Positions 45,779-55,708 of a stretch of 64,000 nucleotides of DNA are shown one piece after another. The number at the start of each line of letters is the position of its first letter. The first letter of the stretch is position 1. The notes under the pieces are model-generated. The model had not been told where the DNA came from. It made no database searches and was given only the letters and a program-made list of their open reading frames with translations. The stretch comes from Candidatus Lernaella stagnicola (GTDB lineage: Bacteria; Lernaellota; Lernaellaia; Lernaellales; Lernaellaceae), in contig JAVCCK010000034.1 of assembly GCA_030765525.1 (NCBI GenBank), positions 86,126-150,125 of the forward strand, written 5' to 3'. The position numbers were made by a program, and so were the translations under genes.

Positions 45779-46522
45779 TCAGCGCGGCGCGAAGCGTCGC
45801 CTTTTCGGCGGCGGACTTTCAAAAAAGAAGGGTATTTGCGCGCGGGCAAACGGGTGCTGTGTCGTGATTTGAATCTCGCCGGTGATGCGGACGCCTTTCT
45901 TGGCCAGGACCGCTTCCACTTCCAACACCGTCGAATCCCCCGCCTCCAGAGAAATCGGCAACGCCGCTTGCGGGAAGTGCGCCTGAACATGCGGGCAGGC
46001 CGGAAACACGGTTGCCGAGGTCAGTTCAAGCGGCTGGTCGGAGGTGTTCACGATCCTCACGCGCTCTACGTGGCGACCCTCGATTTTCTTGGCCACAAGT
46101 CGCCGCGGTTCGCAAACCAGATACGTGCGCACGACACCCTCGAGCGTCAGTCGCACTCGTTGCCGGTAGGGATCGTTGGTGTGCACGATGACCGCTTTGG
46201 ACTGCGGCCCCCAGAGGGACTTGGTATCCAGTTCCACCCGTAAGATTCTCTGCTGCCGCGGCCCGATGCGCTCACCTTCCAGACGCGTCGATGTGCAACC
46301 ACAGGTGTTTTCCACGCGCACGATGTTGATGGGGTAGGGGGCGGGGTTGTATATCGTGAACTGCGTCTGAATCGTCTCGCCTTGAAACACTTCGCCGAAA
46401 TGGTACCGCCCGGTTTTCTCCGGAACGAATATCGCATCCGGCGGCGCGGCCGAAGGCATCACCGACGCGCAACCGGTTAACACAAGAAGGGCGAGAAGCC
46501 CAAACCAAAAACAGCGATTCAT
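45779..46522 (-). CDS. DUF1573 domain lipoprotein
   Basis: MNRCFWFGLLALLVLTGC is a lipoprotein signal. HFGEVFQGETIQTQFTIYNPAPYPINIVRVENTCGCTS matches the DUF1573 signature (FxFGxV...N.G..PL.I..V...CGCT). Confidence 0.65.
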   Translation of the reverse strand: MNRCFWFGLLALLVLTGCASVMPSAAPPDAIFVPEKTGRYHFGEVFQGETIQTQFTIYNPAPYPINIVRVENTCGCTSTRLEGERIGPRQQRILRVELDTKSLWGPQSKAVIVHTNDPYRQRVRLTLEGVVRTYLVCEPRRLVAKKIEGRHVERVRIVNTSDQPLELTSATVFPACPHVQAHFPQAALPISLEAGDSTVLEVEAVLAKKGVRITGEIQITTQHPFARAQIPFFFESPPPKRRRFAPR

Positions 46523-46652
46523 TTCATCATCGTGGCAAAAACTGTGAGCTCCGACAAGTAGCGGGGTTTGAAAAACGAACGACGTCTTCATTTTTCCTAA
46601 GAAAAAAGGCGACCTCCGGGGGCCACCTTTAGTACATCCGTTGAAACGATGA

Positions 46653-47096
46653 TTAGATATCGATTTCTTCCACGTCCAGGCCGATTCCCGCCGCCGCTGC
46701 TTTCAGCGCTTCTTCACCGGTCTCGACCCGCTTGAAAAAGCTTTCGGTCTTTTTGACGTTGGCCGGGTTGAAGGGGTCGATGCCGATTTTGCCCATCATC
46801 ATCGACATCATCGCGCTGCGCGGGCCGCCGTTAAGGCCGTCAAGCATAAAGCCCAGCATCGTGTTGATGCCGCCCTGTTTCAGCGTAAAGGTGACCGCAG
46901 CGTCGGATTCTTTGTGGCCTTCGCCGCACTCGATCGTGCCGTCGGCGTTGAATTGCATGAACCAATCAGGCCGCGGTACGCGGTCGCCATCCACATCCGT
47001 CACCAAATTAAAAATGACGAGGTCGCCTTCCGCGTTCTTGGAAAGCTTCGGCAGAACCTCCATCAATTTGGCCATCGGGACTTCGCTCAATTTCAT
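46653..47096 (-). CDS. SCP2 sterol-binding domain protein
   Basis: MKLSEVPMAKLMEVLPKLSKNAEGDLVIFNLVTDVDGD...VTFTLKQGGINTMLGFMLDGLNGGPRSAMMSMMMGKIGIDPFNPANVKK matches SCP2-fold motifs. AGGAGG RBS lies 6 nt upstream of the ATG. The ORF-track N-extension is rejected. Confidence 0.6.
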   Translation of the reverse strand: MKLSEVPMAKLMEVLPKLSKNAEGDLVIFNLVTDVDGDRVPRPDWFMQFNADGTIECGEGHKESDAAVTFTLKQGGINTMLGFMLDGLNGGPRSAMMSMMMGKIGIDPFNPANVKKTESFFKRVETGEEALKAAAAGIGLDVEEIDI

Positions 47097-47263
47097 AGGA
47101 TAATCCTCCTGTCGTGCGCAATGCGCGGTTTCTATTTTCGTCAGCAAACAATACGTTTGCGCATATCCGCCTGGAGAAGCGTAGGGATTATAACGACTGC
47201 ACCCGAGAAGGGCAAGCAGTGAATGAATGGCCATTCATTATTTCCTGGCGGTCCGCCGGGGGG

Positions 47264-48595
47264 TTATAGGGGGCCGGGCGTCAACTTTTCGGCGAGCTGT
47301 AAACCCATGGCAATTGAATGGTCCATGTTGTTGTACCAGAAGGTGCCCGTGCGGCCGGCGAGACTCAAATTGGCGACCCGCGCCATGCGATCTCGCAGAG
47401 CGGCAAGTTTTTCGTCATAACCGATATCATAAATAGGATAGGACTCGCGCACCTTTTCGATGTGTACTGCCACCACGTCCTGCCGGCCGGTGATCAAATC
47501 CACACGGATCAAGTCGTCGAGAACCTGATCTTGGAACGCTTCGGGATGATCCCAAGCCTCCGGCGGTGAGGATACTTCGACGCAGAGCCCGCTGCGGCCG
47601 CCGGCGATAATATCCGGGTCGAAGGCTTCGGGCCGACTTACTCGGGAAAAAACGAGATCCTGCGAGCCGAAGTAGCACCACTGAAATTCAGGCCCATGGT
47701 GCTTCGTGGTCACGACGTTGAAGCACACGAGGTTGAGGAAATGCAGGTCGGGTTTCGTTTCGCCGGCCATGTCGAGCAGCGCGGTGGGCGAAGCCGTCCA
47801 CACGACGTGCTTGGGCTGCCACGTCCGTCCTCCGGCGCGTACTTCGGTGATCCGCTCGTCGTTCAAAACGACGCCGTCCGCCGGGGTGCCCAACAAAACA
47901 TCGCCGCCCGCCGCCACGATACGGTCACGCAGCTTCTTCGCGAAAACATCGATTCCGCCGCGCGGATAGCGGAACTGAATCTCTGCACCCTTGGGCCGGA
48001 CGAACAAACTCTTGATCAATTCGAACAAGGTGTTGATCTTCAGCCGCTCGTCGATGATGGCCCGGTCGATGCCCGTTCTCGCCCAATCGGCGTGAGTTTC
48101 GCTCGGCGTGATGCCGAGGAATTTCGTCGAGTAGTCGCGGAAAAACGCACGGTACAAAGTGCGTCCGTACATGTTCAGGATGTAGTCTTCGAAGCTGCTC
48201 GGGCGGCGTTTGCGGTACAGGCGAAACAGCAGGTCGAGAACGACGCCAACGATCAAGCGCGGCGGCAACCGCAGCAAGTGCAGCGTCGGGTGAATCGGCC
48301 AGCGGTAGTAGTGCCGGAAGAAATACACGAGGCTGGTCCGCGGTATGTGCAAGACATCGTCGCCGAGGACTTCGTCGAGGAAGCGCAGCACCGTCTCGTC
48401 GGTCGTGTGAAAGCGGTGGGGGCCGATATCGAAATTGCCTTCCGGATAATGGAAGGTGCGCGCCAGGCCGCCCAGTTGGTCTTCGCGTTCGATCACCGTC
48501 ACGCGCGACCCGGCGGCGGCAAGCCGGTCGGCAACCGTCAAACCGCAAACCCCGGCGCCGACAATCAGAAAATCGGGTTGATGGTGTTCCGGCAA
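47264..48595 (-). CDS. FAD/NAD(P)-binding oxidoreductase (amine oxidase / UDP-galactopyranose mutase-like fold)
   Basis: DFLIVGAGVCGLTVADRLAAAGSRVTVIEREDQLGGLA is a Rossmann GxGxxG dinucleotide-binding motif followed by the GG motif. Confidence 0.7.
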   Translation of the reverse strand: MPEHHQPDFLIVGAGVCGLTVADRLAAAGSRVTVIEREDQLGGLARTFHYPEGNFDIGPHRFHTTDETVLRFLDEVLGDDVLHIPRTSLVYFFRHYYRWPIHPTLHLLRLPPRLIVGVVLDLLFRLYRKRRPSSFEDYILNMYGRTLYRAFFRDYSTKFLGITPSETHADWARTGIDRAIIDERLKINTLFELIKSLFVRPKGAEIQFRYPRGGIDVFAKKLRDRIVAAGGDVLLGTPADGVVLNDERITEVRAGGRTWQPKHVVWTASPTALLDMAGETKPDLHFLNLVCFNVVTTKHHGPEFQWCYFGSQDLVFSRVSRPEAFDPDIIAGGRSGLCVEVSSPPEAWDHPEAFQDQVLDDLIRVDLITGRQDVVAVHIEKVRESYPIYDIGYDEKLAALRDRMARVANLSLAGRTGTFWYNNMDHSIAMGLQLAEKLTPGPL

Positions 48596-48696
48596 AAAAT
48601 CCTCCCATTTGCTATGCCAGTAGTTAACTTTGTACCGATGCGCTTGGCAAGCAAGGATACAACATTCGCCGCGCGTAAAAAAAGAAAGGACATCGC

Positions 48697-49911
48697 ATGA
48701 AGCTCGAGGATTCGTTGCCCAAAATGCGCGCTGTCGAAATCGTGCCGCTGCACGAGGGACGGGAGGAAAGTTTCCTGCTGCGGGACCCGCTGCAATTGTC
48801 CGACGAGGCGCTCACGGTATCCCACTCGGTGCTTTTCTGTTTGCAGTTCTTCGACGGCACCTTGCAGGTCGCAGCACTGGCCGCCGCATGGAAGGAAGCC
48901 GCCGACGGCAACGAATTGCCTTTGGGACAAGTCAAGAAGATCGTCAACGAACTCGATCGCGTATTCCTACTGGACAACGAACGCAGTTACGAAAAGCTTC
49001 TGAAAATCAAAACCGAATTCCTACGCGAACCCCTCCGTGCGTATCGCTTCTCGGACGGCGGCTTCCTGGATGACTGTTACCGCGCGGCGTTGTTACCGTC
49101 GCCCAGCCAAATCCCCAACGAGAGAAACGATCTGGGTGTGCTCGTGGCTCCGCACATCGATTACGAGCGCGGCGCGTCGGCCTGGGGCTTGGCGTACAGC
49201 ACGGCGAAACAACGCTTTGGCGGTGACGTGGTGATCGTGCTGGGCGTGAACCACCAACCGCATGCGACCGCGGCGACACTCACGCGCAAAGATTTCGACA
49301 CGCCGTTCGGCACTGTAAAAGCCGATGGCGAGCTGGTCGATGAAATCGCCGCCGCCCTTCCTTTCGACGCCTTTGAAGATGAATTCTGCCACCGTGACGA
49401 ACACAGCATCGAACTGGCCGCCACCGCCCTCAAGCACGCGTACGGCGACGCCTGCCCGCGGATCGTACCCATTCTTTGCGGCAGCTTCGAAGAGTTCGTC
49501 GTGCGGCAAACGTCGCCCGTCGAAACGGAAGCCGTGGTGGCGGTGCAGGAGGCTTTGCTTGCCGTGGTCGAACGTCTCGGCGAGCGCGTGTTGCTGCTGG
49601 CCAGTGTGGATCTGGCCCACATCGGGCCGCAATTCGGTTGGGCGAAGCCGATCGAAGAAACGCAGATGCGCGAGTCGCTCGACCGCGACCGGGAGTTGCT
49701 GAACAAGGTGAACGAAGGCGATGCGGAAGCGTTTTTCGAAATGCTGGTGGCCGAGGGCAACCGCCGCAACGTGTGCGGCACCGCCCCCTTGTATCACGCC
49801 TTGAGCGTGCGGCCCGGGTCCGGCTCGATGGGAGACGCCAGCCTGCATTACTGGCGCGCCGACGATGACACCGGCGCCGTGAGCTTCGGCGTAGCCGGAC
49901 GCTTGCGTTAG
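48697..49911 (+). CDS. MEMO1-family protein (AmmeMemoRadiSam system protein B-like)
   Basis: LVAPHIDYERGASAWGLAYS, VVIVLGVNH, CHRDEHSIE and LLASVDLAHIGPQFG are conserved His/Asp-containing MEMO1 (DUF52) motifs. Confidence 0.75.
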   Translation: MKLEDSLPKMRAVEIVPLHEGREESFLLRDPLQLSDEALTVSHSVLFCLQFFDGTLQVAALAAAWKEAADGNELPLGQVKKIVNELDRVFLLDNERSYEKLLKIKTEFLREPLRAYRFSDGGFLDDCYRAALLPSPSQIPNERNDLGVLVAPHIDYERGASAWGLAYSTAKQRFGGDVVIVLGVNHQPHATAATLTRKDFDTPFGTVKADGELVDEIAAALPFDAFEDEFCHRDEHSIELAATALKHAYGDACPRIVPILCGSFEEFVVRQTSPVETEAVVAVQEALLAVVERLGERVLLLASVDLAHIGPQFGWAKPIEETQMRESLDRDRELLNKVNEGDAEAFFEMLVAEGNRRNVCGTAPLYHALSVRPGSGSMGDASLHYWRADDDTGAVSFGVAGRLR

Positions 49912-52460
49912 GACCAGGTCACCGACCACAAATCGAAGTGCGTCACCAGATCCGGGTGCGACGGCAAAACCCGCGCGCTGAACCCGTGCCGGCCGGAGGC
50001 CTTACACGGAATGTCGGTCGCGTAGCGGAAACTGCCGTTTTGCTGATCTTCGCTATGGGTTAGATCGATGGTTTCACCGTTGATGATCACGCCCTTGTCG
50101 TCCAGCGGCCCCACGTAGACCTGCACGACCACGTCCTCGGGTTGCAGGTGTCCGAGGACGACCTGCACCGCGATACCGAAACGATCGCCTACGGCCAGGA
50201 CGTCGCCGGCGTTGATTTTGACGTCGGTGATTTTGACTTCTTGCCAGTACTTAAAAAGCTTTGTTTTCCACGCCGCGAGATCCTTGGCTCGGCGGTAACC
50301 ATCGGCCGTGAGGCGTTGATAGCGTTCGAATGCGGGTTGATAAAACTCTTCGGTGTAGTTTTGCACCATGCGGTGAGTGTTGAAGTAAGGAACCAACTCC
50401 ATCATCGATTTCTTCATCATCGCGATCCACCGACGCGGCAGGCGGTCGGCGTCGATGTCGTAGAAAGTCGGCACGATTTCGTTTTCGAGCAGGTTGTAGA
50501 GCGCGTTGGCTTCGATGTGGTCCTGCTCGGCGAAGTCGTCGTAGTCCTCGCCGGCGCCGATGGCCCAGCCGACTTCGGGTTGGTAAGCCTCGTCCCACCA
50601 ACCGTCGAGCACCGACACGTTCAGCGCCGCGTTCGCCGCGGCTTTCATGCCGGAGGTGCCGCTTGCCTCCAGCGGGCGCCGCGGGCTGTTCAACCATACG
50701 TCCACGCCCTGCACCAGATAACGCGCGACGGAGATGTCGTAGTTTTCCAGAAACACCAGGCGACGCCGCACGTGCGATTCGCGCGCGAAATGGACCAACT
50801 GCTTAATGAGTTCCTTGCCGTGCACGTCCTTCGGGTGCGCCTTGCCGGCGAAAATGAATTGAATCGGACGCTCGGAGTGAAGCAGGAGGCGACGCAGGCG
50901 GTCCGGGTTTCGCAAGATCAACGTCGCGCGTTTGTAGGTGGCGAAGCGCCGCGCGAAACCGATGGTCAGGATGTTGGGATTCAGCACTTCTTTGGCTTCG
51001 TCCAGTTCGCTGCGGCTCGCGCCCCGCTTGAGCAAGTGCTGCTGCAGACAGCGCCGCGCGAAACCCACAAGACGCTCGCGACGACGAATGTGCACGCGCC
51101 AGATCTCCTCGTCCGGGATCTGCGCGATGCGACGCCACACGGCTTCGTTTTCCGGATCCTCGTGCCACTCGCTGCCCAGGTAGGTGTCGAGCAAATCCAC
51201 CATCTCGCGGCTGAGCCACGTTCGCAAATGCACACCGTTGGTGATGGCATGGATGGGAATCTCATGAACCGGCACGCCTTCCCATTGGTTCTTCCACATT
51301 TCCCGCGTTACGACGGCGTGCAGTTTGGAGACGCCGTTGATGAAACTGGCGTGCTTGCCCGCCAGCAGGGCCATGTTGAAGCCTTCTTCGTTGTTGTTCG
51401 GGTCCAGGCGTCCCAAGGCCAGAAAGGCTTTTTTCGACAAGCCGACGCGCGCCGGATAATCGCGCAGGTATTTTTCCATCAACTCCGGCCCGAAAATATC
51501 AAACCCGGCCGGTACGGGGGTATGGGTCGTAAACACGTTGGCCGAGCCGATCGCCTCGCGGGCTTCGGAAAACTCCAGGTCGGAGCTTTCCGTGAGTTGC
51601 CGAATGCGTTCCAGGGTTAGAAACGCGCTGTGGCCTTCGTTCATGTGGCAGATGGTCGGATAGATATCCATGGCGTGCAGCGCGCGAATTCCACCGATGC
51701 CCAGCACGACTTCCTGCTGGATGCGCATTTCCTGATCGCCGCCGTATAGGGTGTCGGTGATCTTGCGGTCATCGGGGTGATTTTCGTCGCAATTGGTGTC
51801 GAGTAGATACAGCGTTACGCGGCCCACCAGCACCCGCCAAAGCTGCACTTGTACCGTGCGGTGCGGGAACCAAATCGGCACTTTCACACGCTGGCCTTCG
51901 GCGTCGAAGACCGGTTTCATCGGCAGATTGAAAAAGTCGTTGGTCGGATACTGCTCCTGCTGCCACCCGTCGACGTTCAGGTACTGCCGGAAGTACCCCT
52001 GTTGGTAGGCCAGACCGACCGCGACCAGCGGCAAGCCGAGATCCGAGGCGCTCTTGAGGGTATCACCGGCCAAAACGCCTAGGCCACCGGAATAAACGGG
52101 CAGGCTTTCCGAAAGGCCGAATTCCATCGAGAAATAGGCGAAGCGATTGCCGTTGGCGCCGTACTTTTTCTGGTACCATCCTTTGCTGTTCAGGTAGACC
52201 TGCAGCGCCACGTACACGCGGTTCAAATGAGCCAGAAAGCCGTCGTCGTTCGCCAATTCTTCCAGGCGGGCCTGACTGACGCGGCCCAGCATCAACACCG
52301 GGTTATGGTTCAAGTCCTCCCATAAATCCCGATCGACACGTCGGAAAAGCACAATGGCATCGTGATGCCACGTCCACCATAAGTTGTAGGCGATTTCGAG
52401 CAGCGAAGAAATTTTGTCCGGCAGTTTCGGTACGATTTCGTACTTGTAAATGGTCGGCAT
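49908..52460 (-). CDS. alpha-glucan family phosphorylase (GT35, DUF3417 N-terminal type)
   Basis: MPTIYKYEIVPKLPDKISSLLEIAYNLWWTWHHDAIVLFRRVDRDLWE...YFSMEFGLSESLPVYSGGLGVLAGD...TNGVHLRTWL...EASGTSGMKAALNG-like (EASGTSGMKAAANAALNVS). The pyridoxal-phosphate Lys context is present. Confidence 0.85.
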   Translation of the reverse strand: MPTIYKYEIVPKLPDKISSLLEIAYNLWWTWHHDAIVLFRRVDRDLWEDLNHNPVLMLGRVSQARLEELANDDGFLAHLNRVYVALQVYLNSKGWYQKKYGANGNRFAYFSMEFGLSESLPVYSGGLGVLAGDTLKSASDLGLPLVAVGLAYQQGYFRQYLNVDGWQQEQYPTNDFFNLPMKPVFDAEGQRVKVPIWFPHRTVQVQLWRVLVGRVTLYLLDTNCDENHPDDRKITDTLYGGDQEMRIQQEVVLGIGGIRALHAMDIYPTICHMNEGHSAFLTLERIRQLTESSDLEFSEAREAIGSANVFTTHTPVPAGFDIFGPELMEKYLRDYPARVGLSKKAFLALGRLDPNNNEEGFNMALLAGKHASFINGVSKLHAVVTREMWKNQWEGVPVHEIPIHAITNGVHLRTWLSREMVDLLDTYLGSEWHEDPENEAVWRRIAQIPDEEIWRVHIRRRERLVGFARRCLQQHLLKRGASRSELDEAKEVLNPNILTIGFARRFATYKRATLILRNPDRLRRLLLHSERPIQFIFAGKAHPKDVHGKELIKQLVHFARESHVRRRLVFLENYDISVARYLVQGVDVWLNSPRRPLEASGTSGMKAAANAALNVSVLDGWWDEAYQPEVGWAIGAGEDYDDFAEQDHIEANALYNLLENEIVPTFYDIDADRLPRRWIAMMKKSMMELVPYFNTHRMVQNYTEEFYQPAFERYQRLTADGYRRAKDLAAWKTKLFKYWQEVKITDVKINAGDVLAVGDRFGIAVQVVLGHLQPEDVVVQVYVGPLDDKGVIINGETIDLTHSEDQQNGSFRYATDIPCKASGRHGFSARVLPSHPDLVTHFDLWSVTWS

Positions 52461-52570
52461 CGAATCCTCGCTATGTTCAGTTGTATAACATTACTGTGAG
52501 CACGGTAACCATTACAGTCCAGGATATCGAGTGGTTACTCTGCTAAAAAGCTTGGCGCGAAAAAACGGCC

Positions 52571-53578
52571 TCACTGTTCTCCGGCATGGTCGCGATACCA
52601 TGCCGCCGCCTCCAGAAAGGCCTGCAGGGTGTCGTATTTAGGCCGAAAACCAAGCTCAGCCAGTGCCCGACCCGTACTGTAGCACGTATGTTCAAGCGCG
52701 CTACGGGCGAATTCCGGTAGAATAAAAGGATCGCCGATCCACGTCGTTACCGCGTTGATTACCGGCAACGCCAGGCGCGGCAGGGGAATGGGCACGCTGT
52801 GGCTATCGAGCGCATCGGTCACCGCGTCGAAAATCTCGGCGACGGTCGCCGCTCCGGCCCCGGCCACGTTGTACGTCCGACCCGACGCCTGCGGCCGCGT
52901 CAGGGCGCGTTCGATGGCGTCGACGGCGTCGCGCCGATGGACGCAATGTTTCAACGTGCTGCCCGATTGAGTAAGCGGGATCGGCAGATGTCGCAGTGCC
53001 AAGCGGAACAAACGGTTGACCATCGCGATGTTCGCCGGAAAACGACCGAGAATCGTGGCGAAGCGTAAGACCACCACTTCCAGGTCGCCGCTCCGGTGCA
53101 GCTCGTTCAGCACGTATTCCGCTTCCAGTTTGGATCGCCCATACGGCCCGTTGGGTGCCGGCGGGGTCGCTTCGGTGCACGGACACTCGCGGGGCGGCGG
53201 GCCGTAAACACTCTCGCCGCTGGCGTAGAGGAATCGGCCAACACCGGCGTCCCGCGCCATCAGCGCCAGCCGCCGTGTCCCTTCCAGATTGACGTGGAAC
53301 ATCTGCTTGTCGTAACCCACCGGGCCGATGCGCGCGATCAAATCACGATTGGGGCGAACCTCCGCCAAGTGCACGATGGCCGTGGCGCCTTCCACGGCTC
53401 GTTTCATGACCAGCGGGTTGAACAGGTCGCCGATTACGGTCTCGTGGCCGGCAAACCACGGGCGTACGGTCAGGCCGACCAAGCGTAGGCGTACTCGCTT
53501 CGCGGCCAAATGGGCCGTCAACTCGCGTCCCAATCGGCCGCCGGCGGCAGTGATGACGATTAGTTCTCGTTCTGCCAC
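52571..53578 (-). CDS. NAD-dependent epimerase/dehydratase family protein (SDR)
   Basis: LIVITAAGGRLGREL is the N-terminal Rossmann motif. YASGESVYG...YGRSK is the YxxxK catalytic motif. Confidence 0.8.
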   Translation of the reverse strand: MAERELIVITAAGGRLGRELTAHLAAKRVRLRLVGLTVRPWFAGHETVIGDLFNPLVMKRAVEGATAIVHLAEVRPNRDLIARIGPVGYDKQMFHVNLEGTRRLALMARDAGVGRFLYASGESVYGPPPRECPCTEATPPAPNGPYGRSKLEAEYVLNELHRSGDLEVVVLRFATILGRFPANIAMVNRLFRLALRHLPIPLTQSGSTLKHCVHRRDAVDAIERALTRPQASGRTYNVAGAGAATVAEIFDAVTDALDSHSVPIPLPRLALPVINAVTTWIGDPFILPEFARSALEHTCYSTGRALAELGFRPKYDTLQAFLEAAAWYRDHAGEQ

Positions 53579-54417
53579 TGCGGCTCCTCCAGCAATTTGA
53601 CCAAGTGCACGAAACTTTTCTCAACCCACTTGTCCTCTTTGCGCCCGTTCCACAAAGGCAGGTCGACATCCACCGCGCACAAGCCGTCAAATCGATGCCG
53701 CGCCAACAAGCGGAAAATCTCCCGAAAATCGATCTGCCCTTCACCGATCGGACGGCCTGCGGTGCGCAAACCCATGCCCACGCGATCCTGCAAAAACACG
53801 GTCGCCGCCAACGGGGCGAATTCATCCACCAGCCGGTAGGGATCCTCACCTTGCGCCAACGCCTGACCTGTATTGAGCGCCACTTTCAAGTTGTCACGAT
53901 CGACACGGCGAACCAGCCACAGCAGTTTCTGGATGCCGACCACACCTTGATTGGCGAAGGTCACGACCAAGTTGGCTTCCGCCGCGCGATCGCAAAACTC
54001 CGCCAGGCGCTTGGCCGCCCATCGCATTTGCATGCGTCCGGTGAAACTGAATCCACCATACAAGGGGGCCAGCGAGGGCAGGGGCAGGTAGAATGCGGGT
54101 CTCGCCTCGACGGTACGGACTCGCAGGCGGCGGGCCAGTGTCCAAAACGAATTCAGTTCACGACCCACCAGTCGCCACGCCGCGTCCGGCATCGAGAGCG
54201 GCACGCCGAAGCCAAGCGTGTACTCGAGCCGAAATTCGCTCTGCAATTGCAGCAGTTTTACGGGGTTAGTCCGCCATGCGGCGGGCAGGGCGAAATATTC
54301 CAGCGAGACGCCGACAGCGCCCAGCTCCGCGCCGCGCCGAATCATCGTCTCGTGGTCGAGGCGACCGGCCAGCAGCGAGTTGTGATAGCTCCACCAATCC
54401 AGGGCGAGACGAATCAT
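53560..54417 (-). CDS. sugar phosphate isomerase/epimerase (xylose isomerase-like TIM barrel)
   Basis: MIRLALDWWSYHNSLLAGRLDHETMIRRGAELGAVGVSLEYF... has the typical AP-endonuclease-2/TIM-barrel family organisation. Start refined to the internal Met (ORF 53560..54510). Overlaps the epimerase gene by 19 nt. Confidence 0.6.
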   Translation of the reverse strand: MIRLALDWWSYHNSLLAGRLDHETMIRRGAELGAVGVSLEYFALPAAWRTNPVKLLQLQSEFRLEYTLGFGVPLSMPDAAWRLVGRELNSFWTLARRLRVRTVEARPAFYLPLPSLAPLYGGFSFTGRMQMRWAAKRLAEFCDRAAEANLVVTFANQGVVGIQKLLWLVRRVDRDNLKVALNTGQALAQGEDPYRLVDEFAPLAATVFLQDRVGMGLRTAGRPIGEGQIDFREIFRLLARHRFDGLCAVDVDLPLWNGRKEDKWVEKSFVHLVKLLEEPQWQNEN

Positions 54418-54527
54418 ATTCGTTGGTCTCCGAAACACGCGGCCACACGTTACGGAAAAAACGACAGGGGTGCAAACCGGGCAAGATTCTACTATTAAGT
54501 AATTAACCATTCTTGCAGGAGGCCGGC

Positions 54528-55229
54528 ATGCTCACTGTGGCGATTGTGGTCGCCGGTGGCCGGGGGCGTCGCATGCGCACCGACCAGGCGAAGCAATACA
54601 TCGAGCTGGAAGGCAAATCGATTCTCCAACGCTCTCTCGAAGCGGTGGCGGCCGCCGATCTCGTCGACCAGATCATTCTCGTGGTGCCCCGGGGAGACGT
54701 CGTGTTCTGCCGCGACACATTGGTCGACCGGGGAAATCTGGACAAGATGGTGCGCGTCGCCATGGGCGGCAAGAACCGGCAGGAATCGGTTGCCAAAGGC
54801 TTGGCGGCCATCGAAAAGCTCGGCCTGCTGCCCGATGTCGTCGTCGTGCACGACGGTGTGCGCCCCTTCGTCGATCCCAAGCTCATCGATAAATCGGTGC
54901 GCATCGCCGCTAACTTTGGCGGCGCCTTGGTGGCCGTGCCGGTCACAGACACAATCAAGGTCATTACCGACGACGGTTTTATTCGGCAGACTCCGGACCG
55001 GCGGTGGCTCTTCAGCGCCCAGACGCCGCAGGCATTCCAGTACCACACGCTGGTCGACGCGCACCGCAAGGCCGAGGCCGACGGTTTCGTGGGCACCGAT
55101 GATTGCCAGCTTGTCGAGCGCGTGGGCGGGCAGATTGTCATCGTGGAAGGCGATGAACGAAACATCAAGATCACGACGCCGCACGATCTTCTCGTGGCGC
55201 GGGCTTTGCTGAAAGGAGTTCGGCGATGA
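54528..55229 (+). CDS. ispD: 2-C-methyl-D-erythritol 4-phosphate cytidylyltransferase
   Basis: [16 protein letters not shown]...[12 protein letters not shown]...[20 protein letters not shown] upstream. The stop overlaps the ispF start. Confidence 0.85.
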   Translation: MLTVAIVVAGGRGRRMRTDQAKQYIELEGKSILQRSLEAVAAADLVDQIILVVPRGDVVFCRDTLVDRGNLDKMVRVAMGGKNRQESVAKGLAAIEKLGLLPDVVVVHDGVRPFVDPKLIDKSVRIAANFGGALVAVPVTDTIKVITDDGFIRQTPDRRWLFSAQTPQAFQYHTLVDAHRKAEADGFVGTDDCQLVERVGGQIVIVEGDERNIKITTPHDLLVARALLKGVRR

Positions 55230-55708
55230 CCTACCGCATCGGGCACGGTTACGATGTGCACCGCCTTGTTGCGGGGCGTCTTCTCATCCTCGGCGGCGTG
55301 ACGATCGACTTCGAAAAAGGATTGCTCGGTCACAGCGACGCCGACGTGCTGACCCACGCGGTAGCCGACGCGGTTCTCGGTGCCGCGGCGCTGGGCGACA
55401 TCGGCCGCCATTTTCCCGACACCGACCCAGAATACGCCGGGGCCGACAGCCTTGAACTGCTTGCGCGCTGCGTGCGTTTCGCCCGTGAACGGGGCTTCGT
55501 CGTCGCAAATGTCGACGCCACGGTGATCGCAGAGAAACCGAAGATCGCGCCCTTCGTCGAGAAGATGCGGGAGAACCTGGCACGCGTGTTGGGAGTCGGC
55601 GAGATGTGCGTCAACGTCAAGGCGACAACCGAAGAGGGGCTGGGCATAACCGGGCAGGGCGAAGCGATGGTCGCGCACGCGGTCGTCCTGTTGAAGCTGA
55701 TCGATTAG
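55226..55708 (+). CDS. ispF: 2-C-methyl-D-erythritol 2,4-cyclodiphosphate synthase
   Basis: [46 protein letters not shown]...[18 protein letters not shown] is a canonical IspF sequence. Confidence 0.9.
   Translation: MTYRIGHGYDVHRLVAGRLLILGGVTIDFEKGLLGHSDADVLTHAVADAVLGAAALGDIGRHFPDTDPEYAGADSLELLARCVRFARERGFVVANVDATVIAEKPKIAPFVEKMRENLARVLGVGEMCVNVKATTEEGLGITGQGEAMVAHAVVLLKLID

Noticed and set aside
50142-51620. 492-aa plus-strand ORF inside the glucan phosphorylase gene, and 55969..57171 (+) inside the membrane protein gene.
   Set aside because: Antisense shadow ORFs. The opposite strands have strong family-specific motifs.
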